From a virus (taxonomy: Duplodnaviria > Caudoviricetes), in IMG/VR virus record IMGVR_UViG_3300037423_002015, positions 1 through 38,700 of that record: a DNA stretch of 38,700 nt; one strand, written 5' to 3'. Below, one piece after another: positions 34,918 through 38,700 of this stretch. The translations under genes and the position numbers were made by a program. How positions within the stretch are numbered: position 1 is the first letter of the stretch; each line of letters begins with the position of its first letter. The notes beneath the pieces are model-generated. The model did no database searches. It was not told the DNA's origin and saw only the letters and a program-made list of their open reading frames with translations.

Positions 34918-35273
34918 ACTATTTGTTGGAGTTCACAATCGACATGCTTCCGAAGATGGAAAACGAACTCACGCGAGCGAGATGGGAAGTACGATCGGGC
35001 TACTATCGCACGTGGCGCAGACGCATCGAGCAGGAATGTTGGCCACAGCGACCGTCGGAGCCGCTTGAAAATGCGCGCATCACATTTACAAGGTTCACAA
35101 GTGTCAAGACCGATCCCGAAGCTCTTCAAGCAAGCTTTAAACCTATCGTTGATGGGCTCGTTCAGGGTGGGATCATTCGCCTCGACGCTCTTGAGGGAAG
35201 CGTTGAATACTTCCATGAGCGTGCGCCACTCGGCAAAGGGTCCATAAGAGTCAAGGTGGTTGGTGTCGCATGA
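34914..35273 (+). CDS. rusA: RusA-like Holliday junction resolvase (divergent)
   Basis: ITFTRF....DPEAL..SFKPIVDGLV..GII..D matches RusA D.DN..K...D.L...G...DD. GGAGG SD. Confidence 0.7.
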   Translation: MNYLLEFTIDMLPKMENELTRARWEVRSGYYRTWRRRIEQECWPQRPSEPLENARITFTRFTSVKTDPEALQASFKPIVDGLVQGGIIRLDALEGSVEYFHERAPLGKGSIRVKVVGVA

Positions 35274-35415
35274 CGGACCTTCAAATCTGCGGCTGGCTGG
35301 TGCTTGTGCTGATCGCATATCTGCTCGGGCATGGGCTAAACAAAACATGAAAATCCATACGCTCACGGAGCATTTTTACAACAAAGGATATGAAATGGAA
35401 AAAGGGGGGAATGAG

Positions 35416-35643
35416 ATGAAAACAGAGGGAGAGAAACGATTCGATTATGTAAAGTACGATGACAAGTCGCTTTTGATTCAAGACGAATTCAAACAAAGAA
35501 CATTTTACTTTGAGCAAGCTATCGAAGTTCACTTGAGTAATGGCAGAGCAAAGGCATTGGCTCTTACAAAGCTTGAAGAATGTTACATGTGGATCGGAAA
35601 AGCGATTCGTGATGATCAACTTGCTTGCGAGGCTAAACCATGA
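35416..35643 (+). CDS. Acb2/Tad1-like helical hairpin protein (putative immune-signal sponge)
   Basis: RFDY...GRAKALALTKLEECYMWIGKAI matches the R..ALA.TKLEEA.MW...AI signature. Confidence 0.7.
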   Translation: MKTEGEKRFDYVKYDDKSLLIQDEFKQRTFYFEQAIEVHLSNGRAKALALTKLEECYMWIGKAIRDDQLACEAKP

Positions 35644-35834
35644 CCCCACCACGCTTCACAATCACCGCCGCCGACAATGGCTGGATAGTGCGAGTACACA
35701 GCTCGGGCCCTTTTAAATATTCGCCGGAAAGATTGAAGGACGTCATCGATTCGCGCCTCCTCGTCTTCGACGACTGGCACAAGCTTTACGAGTGGATGAT
35801 GAGGTTTTGCGGACCGAAAGAGGTGAGGGGATGA
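35640..35834 (+). CDS. Hypothetical protein
   Basis: ATGA-coupled. ITAADNGWIV motif. Confidence 0.65.
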   Translation: MTPPRFTITAADNGWIVRVHSSGPFKYSPERLKDVIDSRLLVFDDWHKLYEWMMRFCGPKEVRG

Positions 35835-36070
35835 GAGAAACAATCGAGCGCGTGTTATTTAATCCGCGCAATGGAGAACTAGCGGTCGGCATCCGTTTGC
35901 GCTTCATGGATAAATACGAACGCCAGGACATGGGGCCCGGCTTTGGGTACACAATTTCATGTGAGCCGAGGGATCACGACGCCTGGGGAATCCAAGATCA
36001 TGGCACCGGCTGGTGGGTTGTCGTCACAGCGGATCTCGCGTCCTTCCTCGAAGATCTGGGGCCTCTATGA
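35831..36070 (+). CDS. Hypothetical protein
   Basis: GAGGTG SD and ATGA-coupled. Confidence 0.65.
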   Translation: MRETIERVLFNPRNGELAVGIRLRFMDKYERQDMGPGFGYTISCEPRDHDAWGIQDHGTGWWVVVTADLASFLEDLGPL

Positions 36071-36399
36071 CCCAATCAGAAAAGCGCATCGAAAACATGA
36101 TCCTTCACTACTTGAACTCGAGACGGATCTTCGCCTGGAAGACACAAACGGTGGGCATTTATGATCAAAAACTTGGACGCTTTCGCAGGGCTGGGGCTTT
36201 ATATACTCGCGGTGTCGCTGACATCATTGGGATTTACAATTCTCGTTTACTCGCAATTGAGGTAAAGAGCGCTCGCGGGGTTTTAAGTGAGGATCAAAAG
36301 ATCTTCCTTCAGAACGTGAAGGAGCATGGCGGGATTGCAATGGTTGCAAGATCAGTTGAAGAAGTTGAAGAGAAACTTAGGCACTGGAGGGCGGCGTGA
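36067..36399 (+). CDS. VRR-NUC domain nuclease
   Basis: SE..IE..I...L, GVADII, AIEVK...G.LS..Q..F......GG...VARS. Confidence 0.9.
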   Translation: MTQSEKRIENMILHYLNSRRIFAWKTQTVGIYDQKLGRFRRAGALYTRGVADIIGIYNSRLLAIEVKSARGVLSEDQKIFLQNVKEHGGIAMVARSVEEVEEKLRHWRAA

Positions 36400-36611
36400 G
36401 AGCTGTCGAAAAACGATTGCGAGAGAGGATCAAGGATCTCGAGGCTAAGTTATCTACCGTCGAAGCTGACCGGCAGGGCTTTCGGGACGCGATCACCAGA
36501 AATATTCGGGAGGCGATTCGAATTCATGGCGAGGGAAAGTACTGGAACATGGCTAGTCTGATTGAAACATTGGCAAAGCAAATTGCGCAGCGTGAAAGGT
36601 GGTATTGGTGA
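36396..36611 (+). CDS. Hypothetical coiled-coil protein
   Basis: GGAGG SD and GTGA coupling. Confidence 0.65.
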   Translation: MRAVEKRLRERIKDLEAKLSTVEADRQGFRDAITRNIREAIRIHGEGKYWNMASLIETLAKQIAQRERWYW

Positions 36612-36985
36612 AGCCGCCAAATATTGCGCCAGCCTATGCATGTCTTTATCCGGGCCTTTGTGAGATTGCTCGGTCTCTCGGATACGCGCTCGCAGTGCAC
36701 GGAAGCATGGTATCCGATTTCGACTTGATCGCTTGCCCATGGCGCGACGAAGTCGCCCCTCCCGAGATGTTGGTCAGCAACTTAATGAAACACATCGGTG
36801 CGTGTAGTTATCCGGAATTGTTAAAGCGCGCAGGATTACCGGAAGAGCACATCGCAGATATAGTTGCTCAACAAAATCAGGGCAAAGATCCGGAGGCAAA
36901 GCCTCATGGTCGCAAAGCTTGGAATTTATATTTAGATCATGGATGTAGAGTCGATCTATCCATTATGCCGAAGGAGCGCCCATGA
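36608..36985 (+). CDS. Hypothetical protein with nucleotidyltransferase-like GS..DxD motif
   Basis: GYALAVHGSMVSDFDLIACPW plus a later VDL strand. GTGA coupling. Confidence 0.6.
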   Translation: MKPPNIAPAYACLYPGLCEIARSLGYALAVHGSMVSDFDLIACPWRDEVAPPEMLVSNLMKHIGACSYPELLKRAGLPEEHIADIVAQQNQGKDPEAKPHGRKAWNLYLDHGCRVDLSIMPKERP

Positions 36986-37593
36986 AAACGCTAGCCGAGA
37001 TTGCTCATGAGATTGCTCATGAAAGCCCGAAATACTCTGGTTATCCATCGCATCTGGAAACCGCACTCGCCGGCGCCAAGGCAGCGCTGAACCACGAGGC
37101 GGTTGAGCAACTGCGGGGTTTTGCTGAGCATAGAGATCATTGCGTATACTGGAACACATTTGCTTGTAACTGTGGGCTTGAGAAAATTGAGAGGGCCTTC
37201 GACGCCCTGATGAAAGAGGTGGGGGGAGTGAGTCACGAATTTAACTTTGAGCCGCGCTTTGGGAACAAGGATCCATTTGATCCAAATCCTCCATTTTACA
37301 ATCATATGATTCACTGGCGGCCATGGGCCGAGCATTTCATGAATCAGGAGGGCGACATTCAGACGTTGGCGCTGATGTTTGCTTCAGCCCTAGAAGAGAT
37401 AAACCGGCTTTGTAATACAGGAATCAAAACACAGAAGGCGCAATCGGAGCTCTTGTTTGCCTATATTGAACTCGTTGAGACGGGAGTGCCGCGACCATTC
37501 GGTGATAGCTCCCTTGGTCCATGGGCCTCCCTTCAAATTCTAAATCAATGGCGAGCTGAGAATAAACTCAACATCAAGATGGTGGATGTATGA
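36982..37593 (+). CDS. Hypothetical protein (possibly two fused modules)
   Basis: AAGGAG SD. Internal H...C......CNCGL motif and an internal in-frame SD+GTG at 37228. Confidence 0.6.
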   Translation: MKTLAEIAHEIAHESPKYSGYPSHLETALAGAKAALNHEAVEQLRGFAEHRDHCVYWNTFACNCGLEKIERAFDALMKEVGGVSHEFNFEPRFGNKDPFDPNPPFYNHMIHWRPWAEHFMNQEGDIQTLALMFASALEEINRLCNTGIKTQKAQSELLFAYIELVETGVPRPFGDSSLGPWASLQILNQWRAENKLNIKMVDV

Positions 37594-37874
37594 CCCAAGA
37601 CCGCCCAAGCGCGCCGAGGGAGTGGTGGGTTGATGATCTAACATCAAGAGTTTGTGCGCCATGGAACCATGAGACGTTGGGTGTTCAAACGATGAAATGG
37701 CCCGATAGCGACAAAGTTATTCATGTCATCGAGAAGTCCGCCTACGACGCGCTCAAGAAGGAGCGGGATCACTGGAGAGACTGCGCCGAAAAGCACGCGG
37801 ACTTCATTAATCGTTTAATCGAAAGGGTGCTTGCACTTGAAAAGGAGTGTGGACGTGAGCCGGGAGATTACTAA
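37590..37874 (+). CDS. Hypothetical protein, paralog 1
   Basis: Shares PSAPREW and IHVIEKS.Y.A..KERD with the next ORF. Confidence 0.7.
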   Translation: MTQDRPSAPREWWVDDLTSRVCAPWNHETLGVQTMKWPDSDKVIHVIEKSAYDALKKERDHWRDCAEKHADFINRLIERVLALEKECGREPGDY

Positions 37875-38277
37875 GCCAAGCGCGCCGAGGGAGTGGTGTA
37901 TTTTAGATAGCGAGTATGAAAACCACAGGCGTGTATACTCCTTTGAACCAAAAGGCCCAGAGGAATATATCCACGTCATCGAGAAGTCAGTTTACGAAGC
38001 TGCCGTGAAGGAGCGCGACGCCCTCAAGGCGCAGTTGGAAGTATTGAGCACCAGTCATTACGAATTGCACAATAGTGCTCATAGGTGGGTAACGCGTGCA
38101 ATAGAGGCGGAGAAACAGTTGGCCGAGCTCCAAGCCCAAGCCGAGATGCTTGCTGAGGCGCTGAAATCGCTAAATATCCAGGCCATAGTAAATGGCCAGC
38201 CCGGTCAGAAACAAGTTGCTGAATGCATCACTGAAGCCCTCTCGCGCTTCACCGCTTGGAAGGAAGGGAAGAAATGA
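37855..38277 (+). CDS. Hypothetical protein, paralog 2
   Basis: AAGGAG SD before GTG 37855. Same motifs plus a coiled coil. Confidence 0.7.
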   Translation: MSREITKPSAPREWCILDSEYENHRRVYSFEPKGPEEYIHVIEKSVYEAAVKERDALKAQLEVLSTSHYELHNSAHRWVTRAIEAEKQLAELQAQAEMLAEALKSLNIQAIVNGQPGQKQVAECITEALSRFTAWKEGKK

Positions 38278-38483
38278 AATTTCCGGATTCACTATATGAA
38301 ATTGGAGATTGTGTTGTTGTCGATCCTCCTTGGGGTTATCTCGAAGCACACAGTGTCTTCACGATTGTGGGCATTATGCTAGAGAAGAAAGACGCCGATG
38401 CTCAGCCAGAGGTCCTTTATGCGATGAAGGAAACGCGTTGGATGATCAAAGAACACAATATACGCAAAAAGGTGAAGCTATGA
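38274..38483 (+). CDS. Hypothetical small beta-rich protein
   Basis: ATGA-coupled. YEIGDCVVV pattern. Confidence 0.65.
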   Translation: MKFPDSLYEIGDCVVVDPPWGYLEAHSVFTIVGIMLEKKDADAQPEVLYAMKETRWMIKEHNIRKKVKL

Positions 38484-38520
38484 CCAACCGCCTCGACAGA
38501 TTGAAGGAGCTAGTGGAGCT

Positions 38521-38700
38521 ATGAGTGAGCAAGCAGTGAAAGCGCTTGGCATCCTTATTGTTGTGTTGTGGTTTCCCTTCAGTATTCCGCTGATGCTGAT
38601 TGGATCATGTGCGCGGTTGGCTAGCGTGTCTTTGCTAAACGGCTGGGACATCACTGACCGTAGCCTCAAGTCTGCAGGCGCTGCGATTGAGGCGGCGGAG
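38521..38700 (+). CDS. 67-aa membrane protein continuing across the circular junction to a stop at 67-69
   Basis: MSEQAVKALGILIVVLWFPFSIPLMLIGSCARLAS...AAEKGKERDV*. GGAG SD; its stop overlaps ATG 66. Confidence 0.7.
   Translation, partial: MSEQAVKALGILIVVLWFPFSIPLMLIGSCARLASVSLLNGWDITDRSLKSAGAAIEAAE
38656..38700 (+). repeat. Terminal overlap, copy 2
   Basis: Identical to 1-45. Confidence 0.97.

Larger units (their letters stand above)
1..38700 (+). mobile_element. Complete temperate lambda-like siphophage genome (excised/circular form)
   Basis: Full head, tail, lysis, immunity, integration and replication gene set. The ends overlap, attP is intact and no host genes are present. Confidence 0.95.

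Noticed and set aside
37605-37898. CRISPR array or DGR template/variable repeat pair
   Set aside because: Only two copies about 270 bp apart inside coding paralogs, no adenine-specific mismatch pattern, and no cas or reverse transcriptase gene.
38656-38700. 45-bp terminal repeat as a biological direct terminal repeat
   Set aside because: It falls in the middle of a gene, and the gpA terminase and cos-like site predict ends near 4400. It is best explained as assembly overlap.

Overview
The window is an apparently complete, circularly assembled genome (about 38,655 bp; bases 1-45 repeat at 38656-38700) of a temperate lambda-like siphophage. Gene order: small early/accessory ORFs, a lambda-type cos region, TerS/TerL(gpA), portal, a fused protease-major capsid, head-tail genes, tail tube, G/GT chaperones with a -1 frameshift, tape measure, M-L-K-I-J, two fibre-like genes, a lysis region with a GH25 endolysin, an accessory block, a cI/cro switch with three operators, xis-int-attP (the core matches a tRNA-Glu-like 3' end), replication genes and a run of small genes (RusA-like, VRR-NUC, Acb2/Tad1-like). 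The most striking element lies next to the lysis-lysogeny switch: a heme-oxygenase-like diiron enzyme, a coupled GNAT/LuxI-like acyltransferase and a stand-alone PAS-like protein, beside a repressor that lacks an autocleavage domain. I infer this may be a phage-encoded small-molecule signal synthase/receptor system. All protein assignments come from motif recognition by eye, with no database searches.
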